In this document: piece after piece, positions 19,076-26,898 of the stretch
Numbering within the stretch: position 1 is the first letter of the stretch
Layout of the letters: each line of letters starts with the position of its first letter
Source of the DNA: a virus
Length of the DNA: 64,000 bases
Strand: one strand, 5' to 3'
IMG/VR virus record: IMGVR_UViG_3300023174_000121
Coordinates: 21,947 to 85,946 of that record
Notes under the pieces: generated by a model
The model's input: the letters and a program-made list of their open reading frames with translations, nothing else
The model's database searches: none
Told to the model about the DNA's origin: nothing
Made by a program: the position numbers and the translations under genes

Positions 19076-19432
19076 TCAATCCCACTTGATCTTAGAATTA
19101 ACACGTTCGTATAGTTCGACTAGTTGATCCAATGTCCAAACATCATCAGTTTCAAATGTTTCAAGCCAATTACCAAATCTAGCCCAATCCTCACTCTGCA
19201 TAGGAGGTACACCTATTTCCTCACCATGCGGATCGTCAGTTCCTCTTACATCAATTCTACCACAACTATAATGTGTGGTAATTTCTTTAGACTCATATTG
19301 ATCACCAGCCTTAAGTCCACTAAAAGTAGAGTCCTCCTCCAGTGTGATCATTTTAGTTTCAACAAGGCCACGTTGTTCATACCAATTCATACTAACTGGA
19401 CCCATCCAATTAGTGCTATATCTGATTTTCAT
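19076..19432 (-). CDS. conserved phage hypothetical protein
   Basis: MKIRYSTNWMGPV. Confidence 0.65.
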   Translation of the reverse strand: MKIRYSTNWMGPVSMNWYEQRGLVETKMITLEEDSTFSGLKAGDQYESKEITTHYSCGRIDVRGTDDPHGEEIGVPPMQSEDWARFGNWLETFETDDVWTLDQLVELYERVNSKIKWD

Positions 19433-19532
19433 TCTTCAACTTCTACTGATTTACATTTGTGAAATGGCATAATTCGACCAAACCATCCAACGAGTTCACC
19501 GCAATTTTGGCAACAGTATGATGGATATTTCT

Positions 19533-19712
19533 TCATTCTTCAACTCCAAAATGTTGTTTGACCGAGCCGGGCGTAATCCAGGCGTTTTGTGGATCCATAT
19601 TATCCTCAACTAGTTGGGCAAATTCCCGGACCAGCAACTCGGCAAACTTGAAATCATCATAGTGTGCTGAGCCATATACTTGTTCAGCAAGTTCTTTAAT
19701 TCGTTCGTTCAT
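19533..19712 (-). CDS. MNERI-family small protein (59 aa, not in track)
   Basis: MNERIKELAEQ...KFAELLVRE...VKQHFGVEE*. Confidence 0.7.
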   Translation of the reverse strand: MNERIKELAEQVYGSAHYDDFKFAELLVREFAQLVEDNMDPQNAWITPGSVKQHFGVEE

Positions 19713-19870
19713 TCTTTATACACCAATGATTTCGATTTGTTCTGAGTTTCGGGACATACAAAATACATAATGTCCCGACCAATATAATCCTCTTCAACAT
19801 CAAGGAATTCTACGTCTTTGACCGAATGCTTATTCTGACATTCAGCACAATGGACATAAAAATTAGTCAT
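19709..19870 (-). CDS. small Zn-ribbon-like protein
   Basis: CAEC...H...FVCPE. Confidence 0.55.
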   Translation of the reverse strand: MTNFYVHCAECQNKHSVKDVEFLDVEEDYIGRDIMYFVCPETQNKSKSLVYKE

Positions 19871-20279
19871 GTCGTTTGCCCGAAAAGTAACCGTAATTGA
19901 CGCCGAGATTATATTCCAAATACTCGATGTCGCCGTTTGTTTCGTAAGCCTCATGCAGCCAACGAATCGCCATCTCACGATTTCGACAACCACAATCCAT
20001 CATCTTATAGATGGTTTCCTCTAGCCGCTGACCTGCTCGGATTTCATCTTCGATTCTATCATCTTCCTCGCGCTTGATGACCATAGCGAGGTACTTCAGC
20101 TCAGCTTCAAGCTGCGCCTCTGTCATCTTTGAAGTGTCCACGTGCCTAGGGCGAAAACCATGTGCATCTTTGTATGCATCCCAGAAGGTGCATGACAATT
20201 GCTCATGGCGTGACAGTTCTTCCCACGGAGTGTACTTGTATTCCATTACAGCATCGACGGTTTGATTAGCTTGGGTCAT
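19863..20279 (-). CDS. conserved phage hypothetical protein
   Basis: FWDAYKDAHGFRPRH, AIRWL, YGYF. Confidence 0.7.
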   Translation of the reverse strand: MTQANQTVDAVMEYKYTPWEELSRHEQLSCTFWDAYKDAHGFRPRHVDTSKMTEAQLEAELKYLAMVIKREEDDRIEDEIRAGQRLEETIYKMMDCGCRNREMAIRWLHEAYETNGDIEYLEYNLGVNYGYFSGKRHD

Positions 20280-20322
20280 TTTGATTTCCTTAAAGATTAG
20301 CCGAGAGTTTTCAAATACAACA

Positions 20323-20505
20323 TTAACTAGTCGAACCTGCTTTTGATAGACCAGCATTTCGAAGATTGGTTGCTTGCCTACCAATGTTAGCAATAGTATA
20401 CTTCATTGCTGGAAATGTTTGATTCCGCTTAGGAGTCTTTGGTTTAAATACGGTGACAAGAATGCCTTCTTCTGTCATGTACTGATGATCAATTAGTTTT
20501 GTCAT
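20323..20505 (-). CDS. hypothetical protein
   Basis: ORF with GGGAG RBS. Confidence 0.55.
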   Translation of the reverse strand: MTKLIDHQYMTEEGILVTVFKPKTPKRNQTFPAMKYTIANIGRQATNLRNAGLSKAGSTS

Positions 20506-20624
20506 TGCCCATCTCCCAAGAGGAATTCTAGCATATCCAAATCGTATTCGTAAAATTCTTCTAGCATTTCGTAGAACTCTTCGCCGATTTGGCTGACATA
20601 TGCATTAAACACTTTTTTCTCCAG

Positions 20625-20702
20625 TTTCTCTCACCACAAGATCCATTGTACGCTGATCTCCAGAAAAGTCAAGGCTTTTCTTGGTGTTGCGCTGACGCAA
20701 CA
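20625..20702 (-). promoter_or_regulatory. early sigma70 promoter cassette
   Basis: TTGACT-N16-TACAAT, leader GGATCTTGTGGTGAGAGAAA, perfect palindrome TGTTGC-N6-GCAACA at 20685-20702. Confidence 0.8.
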
Positions 20703-21025
20703 AAATCGTCGGTGTCGGCGTCATCCCAGTGGTTTTCACACCAAGTTCGGTCAAGACCGTAGCTGACGCAATCGCGAACGTATTGGGCTTTTAGTGGATC
20801 AATTTTAGCAATTACTTGTTGCACAATTGACGTTTGAATTGGAATTTCTAATTGCTGTTGTCTTTGCTTTTCGTGTTCAAAGTATGCACCCAATCCGCAA
20901 AAGATTACAACAAATCCAATCGCACCAATTAAAACAATTCTCCAGCAATAATATAACAAAAGTCCAACTATTGCTGATGCAAAAATGATTTCCACATTAA
21001 TTCCTATTGGAGATATGGCTCGCAA
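20669..21025 (-). CDS. membrane protein
   Basis: Two hydrophobic segments; start uncertain. Confidence 0.55.
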   Translation of the reverse strand: MRAISPIGINVEIIFASAIVGLLLYYCWRIVLIGAIGFVVIFCGLGAYFEHEKQRQQQLEIPIQTSIVQQVIAKIDPLKAQYVRDCVSYGLDRTWCENHWDDADTDDFVASAQHQEKP

Positions 21026-21321
21026 TGCACATTAACTGGTACCATAACTTTAGATCCAGTATCAGTTCGAACTGAAATGTATTCTACATTAGGACGCATC
21101 TTTGCAAATAAACATTGTTTTGCTGCTTGAATTGCTTCATTACGATCCATTGCATCTGGACCATTGTAATTATTTAGTTTGTATACTGGATTTACAATTG
21201 CAGCAACCTTTTGTGGTTCATTTCGCCCAATTGAATTGCCAATTTTAGATGAAGTCTCAAAGGTTGAAGCACAGCCAGTAAGTAGCGACACAACTAGAGT
21301 AGACGCGATCAATTTCCTCAT
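21004..21321 (-). CDS. lipoprotein
   Basis: MRKLIASTLVVSLLTGC lipobox. Confidence 0.75.
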   Translation of the reverse strand: MRKLIASTLVVSLLTGCASTFETSSKIGNSIGRNEPQKVAAIVNPVYKLNNYNGPDAMDRNEAIQAAKQCLFAKMRPNVEYISVRTDTGSKVMVPVNVHCEPYLQ

Positions 21322-21355
21322 TTCGAACTCCTTTTCGGGTTTATTTGATTCTACT

Positions 21356-21418
21356 ATTGTCTAACAAATTTCCAGGAAAGTCAAGGACTATTCCACGTTT
21401 TGTTGTGTAAAAACAACA
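21356..21418 (-). promoter_or_regulatory. early sigma70 promoter cassette
   Basis: TTGACT-N17-GACAAT; TGTTGT-N6-ACAACA at 21401-21418. Confidence 0.7.
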
Positions 21419-21422
21419 AAAA

Positions 21423-21522
21423 CCAGCTCTATAGGACGCTCTATAGGCTGGTTTCGGCTCATAGGTGAGGGGTAAGTAAGGGGTCTGTTCTAAAACGCTC
21501 CTATGGCGCGTCCTAGGACTGG
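21423..21522. repeat. GC-rich double-hairpin element (copy 1)
   Basis: CCAGC-t-CTATAG-N6-CTATAG-GCTGG plus a second hairpin; related to 61825-61910. Confidence 0.6.
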
Positions 21523-21944
21523 TCCATCGTGCGCCATTCGTCCGCCATTTTGTTAATCGCCAGCGGATCGTATGCATATGAGGTTGTGGATCCAGCCAGA
21601 AAAGAATCGTGCCCATGCAAATCTGCAGTTGTCAATGCACTAAAGTTTGTTGTATTCAATGCAGGAATTGGATCTTGAGGTTTCATAAAACTTTGTTGAA
21701 ATCCTGCTGTAACAAATGTATTGTTATCTTCATCGCGAACTGCATTCCAAACTGTATTTAAAGATTCATTTAATGAATCAGAAGCATCTACGATAGTTTG
21801 CTCCAAAGAATATAATACTGATTTGATAACTTTCAATTCAACATCACTTTCAAGTCCAGCAATAACAAGTTTAAAAATATTCTTAAAATCTTCGACTTTA
21901 TGAATACTTTCTTCAAGACTACTTAATTCATCATAGTGTTTCAT
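21513..21944 (-). CDS. hypothetical protein
   Basis: MKHYDELS start after AAGGAG RBS. Confidence 0.6.
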   Translation of the reverse strand: MKHYDELSSLEESIHKVEDFKNIFKLVIAGLESDVELKVIKSVLYSLEQTIVDASDSLNESLNTVWNAVRDEDNNTFVTAGFQQSFMKPQDPIPALNTTNFSALTTADLHGHDSFLAGSTTSYAYDPLAINKMADEWRTMDQS

Positions 21945-21957
21945 AGCAAACTCCTTT

Positions 21958-22230
21958 TTAATCATCATCGCCAATTGCATAAGTCACATCATATCCACCT
22001 TTACGATCTGTCCAACAATCGTCGTATGTCCATTCCCATCCAAGATCGAAGCCATTGTCTTCTGCGTAATCAATAACATCGATAGGATCAAGTGTTCCAT
22101 CTTCAAATGCTTTCAAATGCAATTCCATTTCATCTTCATCATCCGAATAAACGTCACGAATCAAATCTTCTGTAATTTCGATTTCATATTGTTTTTCGAC
22201 TTGATGCCATTCTGATTTAATCACTTTCAT
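21958..22230 (-). CDS. acidic hypothetical protein
   Basis: KSEWHQVE...WTDRKGGYDVTY; AAGGAG RBS. Confidence 0.7.
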   Translation of the reverse strand: MKVIKSEWHQVEKQYEIEITEDLIRDVYSDDEDEMELHLKAFEDGTLDPIDVIDYAEDNGFDLGWEWTYDDCWTDRKGGYDVTYAIGDDD

Positions 22231-22242
22231 AATGAACTCCTT

Positions 22243-22719
22243 TTAAGCTAATTTCAAACTTTTCAATCTATCAGCAGCGTAAGAAGCAGCAAATGCTTTG
22301 GGCTTTATCATCGGAATCACATTGCATGTTCCTTTTATAAATCCAATCGCTTCATTTATAACGCAAAAACTTCCATGCAAATCACTTGGATTAATATCCA
22401 AATGCACTTCTACATATCTATCTTCCAACACATCAGCAAGTTTTAAATATAACTCAGAAACTTTATAAACTTCATTCATTAAACGATATCTAGGTTTAGA
22501 AACTTTCTGATCGAAATCTCGTTCTCTTTGCACTTCACCAAATAGTTTGCATCCATGCTTACCATCTAGATGAATCACAATAGCAAGAATGTAATCCGCG
22601 TGCCATACTCCATTTACGTTAACTCTTTCAGAATCACAACCAACATAGATTTTTGTTTCTTCAGATTGATTTAAAATAAATTCTTTGACTTCTTCTATAT
22701 TGAGTTTATGATGATACAT
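22243..22719 (-). CDS. RNase H-like YkuK/DUF458 family protein
   Basis: IYVGCDS, RLMNEV, EVHLDIN, AFAASYAAD. Confidence 0.8.
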   Translation of the reverse strand: MYHHKLNIEEVKEFILNQSEETKIYVGCDSERVNVNGVWHADYILAIVIHLDGKHGCKLFGEVQRERDFDQKVSKPRYRLMNEVYKVSELYLKLADVLEDRYVEVHLDINPSDLHGSFCVINEAIGFIKGTCNVIPMIKPKAFAASYAADRLKSLKLA

Positions 22720-22733
22720 TTTTCTTTTTAAAT

Positions 22734-22808
22734 TGGTGGGCCCACTAGGAATTGAACCTAGACTCAATCGATTATGAGTCGAACGCTTTACCATTAAGCT
22801 ATAGGCCC
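22734..22808 (-). tRNA. tRNA-CAT (likely Ile2; Met possible)
   Basis: Cloverleaf GGGCCTA...CTCATAA...TGGGCCCACCA. Confidence 0.9.
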
Positions 22809-22820
22809 GTGAAATTTATT

Positions 22821-22849
22821 ACTATAACACTAAATTTATTTAATGTCAA
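22821..22849 (-). promoter_or_regulatory. sigma70-type promoter for tRNA-CAT
   Basis: TTGACA-N17-TATAGT. Confidence 0.65.
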
Positions 22850-22857
22850 TGTAATTT

Positions 22858-22940
22858 TGGTGGGGCTGGAGAGACTCGAACTCTCAAGCCGAAGCGTCTG
22901 GGCTTAAACCAGATGTGTTTGCCAATTTCACCACAGCCCC
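22858..22940 (-). tRNA. tRNA-Leu(TAA)
   Basis: GGGGCTG...TTTAAGC loop, long variable arm, CAGCCCCACCA. Confidence 0.9.
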
Positions 22941-23564
22941 ATGTAATAATTCGTTAGCCCTACTATAATTAGCTCCTTTTGGCGTCAATCCAAGTTTTAA
23001 CAATGCTTGTCTAATATTTTTAGTTGTATTTAATGCTTGCAAAAAATCATCATCAGAAACATATTGATCTTTTCTTTTATGTATGTTTTTCCCTTTCCAA
23101 GTTTCGGTAAATGAATGACAGTTAGGACATAATAGTTTCAAATTCTCCTTAACATTATTTTGATTATTCCCGTCTATATGTTCCAATTCTAATGTTATAG
23201 GTTTATCCAGCCATTTAGATAAACCACAATTTTCACAATTATGCCCACGTTCATTAATCAAAAATCCTTTATGATTTCCCAATTTACCATATTCGAATTT
23301 TGTATTTAAAAATTTATTTTTACTCCAAGCCATTCTTTTTTTAGTCTCTTCTGGTAGATTTTTATATCTCTCTGATCCAGAAATTCTTAAACCATTTTCA
23401 TATACTTTTTTTGTCGATTCTCTATTTTTAGATTTTATGGCTGGACAAGATTGTGATCTTTGTAAACACATTAAATTTCCCGAACCATTTTTATATGTGG
23501 CTACATTCCCACATCCATACGAGCATAAATCAGTAGTAATTATTGGATTTGCTATAAGTTTCAT
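22884..23564 (-). CDS. HNH homing endonuclease
   Basis: CENCG, LELEHIDGNNQNNVKENLKLLCPNCH; AGGAG RBS and TATAAATA upstream; frame reads into tRNA-Leu. Confidence 0.9.
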   Translation of the reverse strand: MKLIANPIITTDLCSYGCGNVATYKNGSGNLMCLQRSQSCPAIKSKNRESTKKVYENGLRISGSERYKNLPEETKKRMAWSKNKFLNTKFEYGKLGNHKGFLINERGHNCENCGLSKWLDKPITLELEHIDGNNQNNVKENLKLLCPNCHSFTETWKGKNIHKRKDQYVSDDDFLQALNTTKNIRQALLKLGLTPKGANYSRANELLHGAVVKLANTSGLSPDASA

Positions 23565-23593
23565 AAAGCGACTCCTGTTAAAACGGTATACTT

Positions 23594-23601
23594 TATTTAT
23601 A
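23594..23601 (-). promoter_or_regulatory. T4-type late promoter TATAAATA
   Basis: Perfect consensus about 30 nt upstream of the HNH start. Confidence 0.75.
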
Positions 23602-23611
23602 AAAAAACAAA

Positions 23612-23635
23612 TGTATACCGTTCCACCACTCTCGC
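23612..23635 (-). pseudogene. 5' fragment of a tRNA-Leu
   Basis: GCGAGAG-TGGTGGAACGGTATACA is an acceptor 5' strand plus a Leu-type D arm, then stops abruptly. Confidence 0.6.
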
Positions 23636-23644
23636 ATTTTTGTA

Positions 23645-24133
23645 TCATATCACAATGTTTCCGTCGTTGTCAACTTCAATCCAAGTAGAGTCGCCCATGT
23701 AGCGAACTCTGCTTATGTATTCGTAATGTTCTGGTGCACCACAAGCCCAATCACTTGGACCATTGATGGTTAATCCAATGACGTTTGTTTGTTTGTTTAA
23801 GAATAGCCAATAGCATTGACCATGAAAGACTTGAAAGCTGTATTCAGCAGAATGTACTGCATCAGTAATATACAATCGACGTTTGATTTGTTCTGCTTGC
23901 TTTTGAAGCACGTTGACCATTTCCATGATTCGATCATATTCTTGTTGGGCATGCATTCTCGCAACATTAAGCATTAAATCTTTCTGCTGCTTTACTGGAA
24001 CTAACTCAAACTTTGGTGCACCTGCTTCTGTTGGATACTCTGTGATATTTCTATTCAAGAAGGTGACAAGACTATCTCCAATTTTACTATCAAAACTAGT
24101 TCTACCTTTGGATATATTAGACTTGTCACCCAT
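23645..24133 (-). CDS. DUF2452-like protein
   Basis: YPTEAGAPKF, AQQEYDRI, DSTW. Confidence 0.6.
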   Translation of the reverse strand: MGDKSNISKGRTSFDSKIGDSLVTFLNRNITEYPTEAGAPKFELVPVKQQKDLMLNVARMHAQQEYDRIMEMVNVLQKQAEQIKRRLYITDAVHSAEYSFQVFHGQCYWLFLNKQTNVIGLTINGPSDWACGAPEHYEYISRVRYMGDSTWIEVDNDGNIVI

Positions 24134-24135
24134 TA

Positions 24136-24273
24136 TCACTCTTGTTCTAGGGGAACGTATTCGTCTTTATGACAACCGCAACTAGGGCAAAGATAAAACA
24201 TTGGCAAGTCTTCAAACTTACCATCAACTTCTTCATCATGAATATGGTTACACACTTGACATTCGTATTTCAT
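24136..24273 (-). CDS. rubredoxin (45 aa, not in track)
   Basis: MKYECQVCNHIHD...FEDLP..LCPSCGCHKDEY; AGGAG RBS. Confidence 0.8.
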   Translation of the reverse strand: MKYECQVCNHIHDEEVDGKFEDLPMFYLCPSCGCHKDEYVPLEQE

Positions 24274-24297
24274 AAAAAAACTCCTAAAAAAATAAAG

Positions 24298-24373
24298 TGG
24301 CGCGGCTGGAGAGATTCGAACTCCCGACAGACCGGGTAGAAGCCGGTTACTCTATCCACTGAGTTACAGCCGC
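24298..24373 (-). tRNA. tRNA-Arg(TCT)
   Basis: Cloverleaf, CTTCTAC loop, CCA. Confidence 0.93.
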
Positions 24374-24395
24374 ATTGTGAAAACATTATATAACA

Positions 24396-25046
24396 CTAAT
24401 TCCTGGAAATCAAGTCATCCACGAACTCTATCAATAACTGATGATGTTTGTAGTCATGCCATTTGGATTCTAAATATTGCCAAGGCTCTTCGTACCAATA
24501 TTTCATACTTTCTGGATGACAACCAATTAAGCCAACTCGCCGTTGTATGATTGCCATCGGATCTCCATTTGCATACCTAGCAATAACATCAAATTTTGAT
24601 TCGTCGCCTATGATAGCACATCCATCATAGAAAAACATATCTTGTTCAGAACCTTTCCAATTCACTTTTGCTATAGTAGCATATGATCGCTTTATCTCAG
24701 CATTGTCTCGTTTGATATATTGCACAACATCCATATCATTCACTATGTCAAAATATCTTGGAGCTGCCCAATACGCACCCATGCATATGCCTAGATAACG
24801 TCCACCCCAGAATACATAATCTGCAACTTTGTTTGCAACTTTTCTTTTGAAAAGATGATGATAAGAATTACTGTCGCCAATTCCACCAGGGAATATTACG
24901 CAATAGAATTGATTTAGATTTAATTCGCCAGCTAATTCGTTTATGTCAAATACTTGAACTTCATACTTTGAAGATAGTATTGCTGAGATTGCGACACAGC
25001 AATCTTGAGAACACTCTGGATGATTAATGAATAGTCCGACTTTCAT
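24396..25046 (-). CDS. BPL_N / class I glutamine-amidotransferase-like protein
   Basis: IFPGG, GGRYLGICMGAYWA, GCHPE. Confidence 0.8.
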   Translation of the reverse strand: MKVGLFINHPECSQDCCVAISAILSSKYEVQVFDINELAGELNLNQFYCVIFPGGIGDSNSYHHLFKRKVANKVADYVFWGGRYLGICMGAYWAAPRYFDIVNDMDVVQYIKRDNAEIKRSYATIAKVNWKGSEQDMFFYDGCAIIGDESKFDVIARYANGDPMAIIQRRVGLIGCHPESMKYWYEEPWQYLESKWHDYKHHQLLIEFVDDLISRN

Positions 25047-25119
25047 GGAGCGGGATATCGGAATCGAACCGATGACCGAAGATTGGAAATCTGCTGTTTT
25101 GCCATTAAACTAATCCCGC
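25046..25119 (-). tRNA. tRNA-Gly(TCC)
   Basis: GCGGGAT...TTTCCAA...ATCCCGCTCCA. Confidence 0.92.
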
Positions 25120-25126
25120 ATTCACT

Positions 25127-25522
25127 TTATGCAATAAGTCTTTTCTGCTTCACTTTCTCTGCTGTTTCTTTTAATACAACTTTTAAATTTTCAACGTTTT
25201 TTAAAATCTCTGCTGCATCTTCCCGGACATTTGGATTGAATGCTTTAAAATTATCTCCATGACCAATCAATAGATGACAATCATTGTCCATGCATAGGGT
25301 GATTAGATTGCTTTCTTCCAATTCTAATTCTGGATGCAAATGAAATGGCTGAACGTGATGTACATTTAAATGCTCTTTAGAACCACACGCTGCACAAGAC
25401 GGATGCTTTTTAATAAATTTATGTTGAACAGTAGGCCAATGTGGACTTCTTTCTTGCGTGATTCCTTTGTCTTTATTGTCTAATTTCTTTTGACTCTTTT
25501 TTCTCCGCGCGGTTGTTGTCAT
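25127..25522 (-). CDS. HNH endonuclease
   Basis: CAACG, LNVHHVQPF, NLITLC...CHLLIGH. Confidence 0.85.
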   Translation of the reverse strand: MTTTARRKKSQKKLDNKDKGITQERSPHWPTVQHKFIKKHPSCAACGSKEHLNVHHVQPFHLHPELELEESNLITLCMDNDCHLLIGHGDNFKAFNPNVREDAAEILKNVENLKVVLKETAEKVKQKRLIA

Positions 25523-25546
25523 TTTTATTATCCTTTTTTAATTGTA

Positions 25547-25617
25547 TGCCCCTTGACAGAATCGAACTGCCAATTGATGATTACAAATCAACTGTTATAC
25601 CATTTAACTAAAAGGGC
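25547..25617 (-). tRNA. tRNA-Thr(TGT), CCA not encoded
   Basis: GCCCTTT...TTTGTAA...AAGGGGCA. Confidence 0.88.
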
Positions 25618-25637
25618 TTCGAAAACACACACATTGT

Positions 25638-25712
25638 TGGCTCCCCGACCTGGGATCGAACCAGGGACCGACGGATTAACAGTCCGGCGCTCTACCGCTG
25701 AGCTATCAGGGA
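25638..25712 (-). tRNA. tRNA-Asn(GTT)
   Basis: Cloverleaf, CTGTTAA loop. Confidence 0.93.
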
Positions 25713-25745
25713 ATGTATAGTATATAGCATTAAAAAAGAACAATT

Positions 25746-25833
25746 TGGCGGATAGTATAGGATTCGAACCTATGCGCCGATTTCTCAGCGACAGTTTAGC
25801 AAACTGCTCCTTTAACCACTCAGGCAACTATCC
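25746..25833 (-). tRNA. tRNA-Ser(GCT)
   Basis: TTGCTAA loop, long variable arm. Confidence 0.93.
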
Positions 25834-25838
25834 TCGTC

Positions 25839-25928
25839 TGGCGGAAGCGGTGAGATTCGAACTCACGGAGCCTTTGCAGACTCTTCAGTTTTCAAGACTG
25901 ACGGATTAAACCACTCTCCCACGCTTCC
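25839..25928 (-). tRNA. tRNA-Ser(TGA)
   Basis: CTTGAAA loop, long variable arm. Confidence 0.93.
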
Positions 25929-25934
25929 TGAAAT

Positions 25935-26011
25935 TGGTTGGTCTACCCGGATTCGAACCGGGAACTCTCAGATTAAAAGTCTGATAATCTGACCAATTGA
26001 GTTATAGACCA
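25935..26011 (-). tRNA. tRNA-Lys(TTT)
   Basis: CTTTTAA loop, CCA. Confidence 0.9.
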
Positions 26012-26016
26012 GTTGT

Positions 26017-26093
26017 TGGTGCCTCCACCTGGATTTGAACCAGGGACTTCCACCTTATCAAGATGGCACTCTGACCAACTGAGTTATAGAGGC
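26017..26093 (-). tRNA. tRNA-Ile(GAT)
   Basis: TTGATAA loop, CCA. Confidence 0.92.
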
Positions 26094-26096
26094 AAT

Positions 26097-26171
26097 TGGC
26101 GGTCCCAGCGAGAATCGAACTCGCCTCTACGGCGTGACAAGCCGTTATACTAACCGATATACTATGGAACC
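26097..26171 (-). tRNA. tRNA-Asp(GTC)
   Basis: TTGTCAC loop, GCCA. Confidence 0.92.
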
Positions 26172-26176
26172 AATTA

Positions 26177-26251
26177 TGGTGGATCGTGACAGGATCGAAC
26201 TGCCGACATTCGCCGTGTAAAGGCGCTACTCTACCTCTGAGTTAACGATCC
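26177..26251 (-). tRNA. tRNA-Val(TAC)
   Basis: TTTACAC loop, ACCA. Confidence 0.92.
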
Positions 26252-26257
26252 AAAATT

Positions 26258-26340
26258 TGGTGGAGGATGGGAGGATGGGAGGATCGAACTCCCACTAAAG
26301 GCTTGCAAAGCCCCTGTGCTCCCATTATCACTAATCCCCC
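26258..26340 (-). tRNA. tRNA-Ala(TGC) with an 8-nt duplication at the 3' end
   Basis: TTTGCAA loop, G3-U70; 3' end reads ATCCTCCC-ATCCTCCC-ATCCTCC-ACCA. Confidence 0.8.
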
Positions 26341-26357
26341 AATACTGTTAAAGAACA

Positions 26358-26434
<77 letters not shown>

Positions 26435-26445
26435 AAATTTGTCAA

Positions 26446-26519
26446 TGGCTCCGGTGGAGAGAATCGAACTCCCACTAGTGGTTTTGGAGACCACCGCACT
26501 GCCATTATACTACACCGGA
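26446..26519 (-). tRNA. tRNA-Trp(CCA)
   Basis: CTCCAAA loop, GCCA. Confidence 0.92.
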
Positions 26520-26590
26520 ACAAACCATATGGAAACACACTCCTCTCTTTGTTGTCGCCGCCTAGGTTCGGCTCAGAATGTGTTTCCATA

Positions 26591-26677
26591 TGGTGGGTAG
26601 CCAGGGAATCGAACCCCGTTGCCGCTAAGGACCACAGATTTACAGTCTGCTGCATTCACCAATGATGCTCGCTACCC
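26591..26677 (-). tRNA. tRNA-Tyr(GTA)
   Basis: CTGTAAA loop, long variable arm. Confidence 0.92.
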
Positions 26678-26712
26678 ATATTGAAACACACTAATTCTAA
26701 TGTGCTTGAATA

Positions 26713-26764
26713 TGGTGTCACTCTCCTGACCACTTTTAACGGAGGGGGTAGAGCCTTGAGTGAC
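26713..26764 (-). ncRNA. putative small CCA-ended tRNA-like RNA
   Basis: 7-bp stem GTCACTC/GAGTGAC followed by ACCA, inside the tRNA array; no cloverleaf. Confidence 0.4.
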
Positions 26765-26803
26765 TTGTCTTAGACAGGCTTTATTCCTGGTTACTAACCA
26801 TTT

Positions 26804-26881
26804 TGGTGCCCAAGGTCGGATTCGAACCGACACGACCTTGCTTCTAAGGCAAGTACCTCATACCAATTGGGTTACTTGGGC
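26804..26881 (-). tRNA. tRNA-Leu(TAG) with short variable loop
   Basis: CTTAGAA loop, GCCCAAG/CTTGGGC-ACCA. Confidence 0.88.
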
Positions 26882-26898
26882 TTGTTTATATAGTCTTT

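Noticed and set aside
22884-23635. Group I intron splitting tRNA-Leu
   Set aside because: The 5' remnant's acceptor strand (GCGAGAG) cannot pair with the downstream 3' strand (CAGCCCC). The downstream tRNA is complete alone, and there is no space for a ribozyme core.
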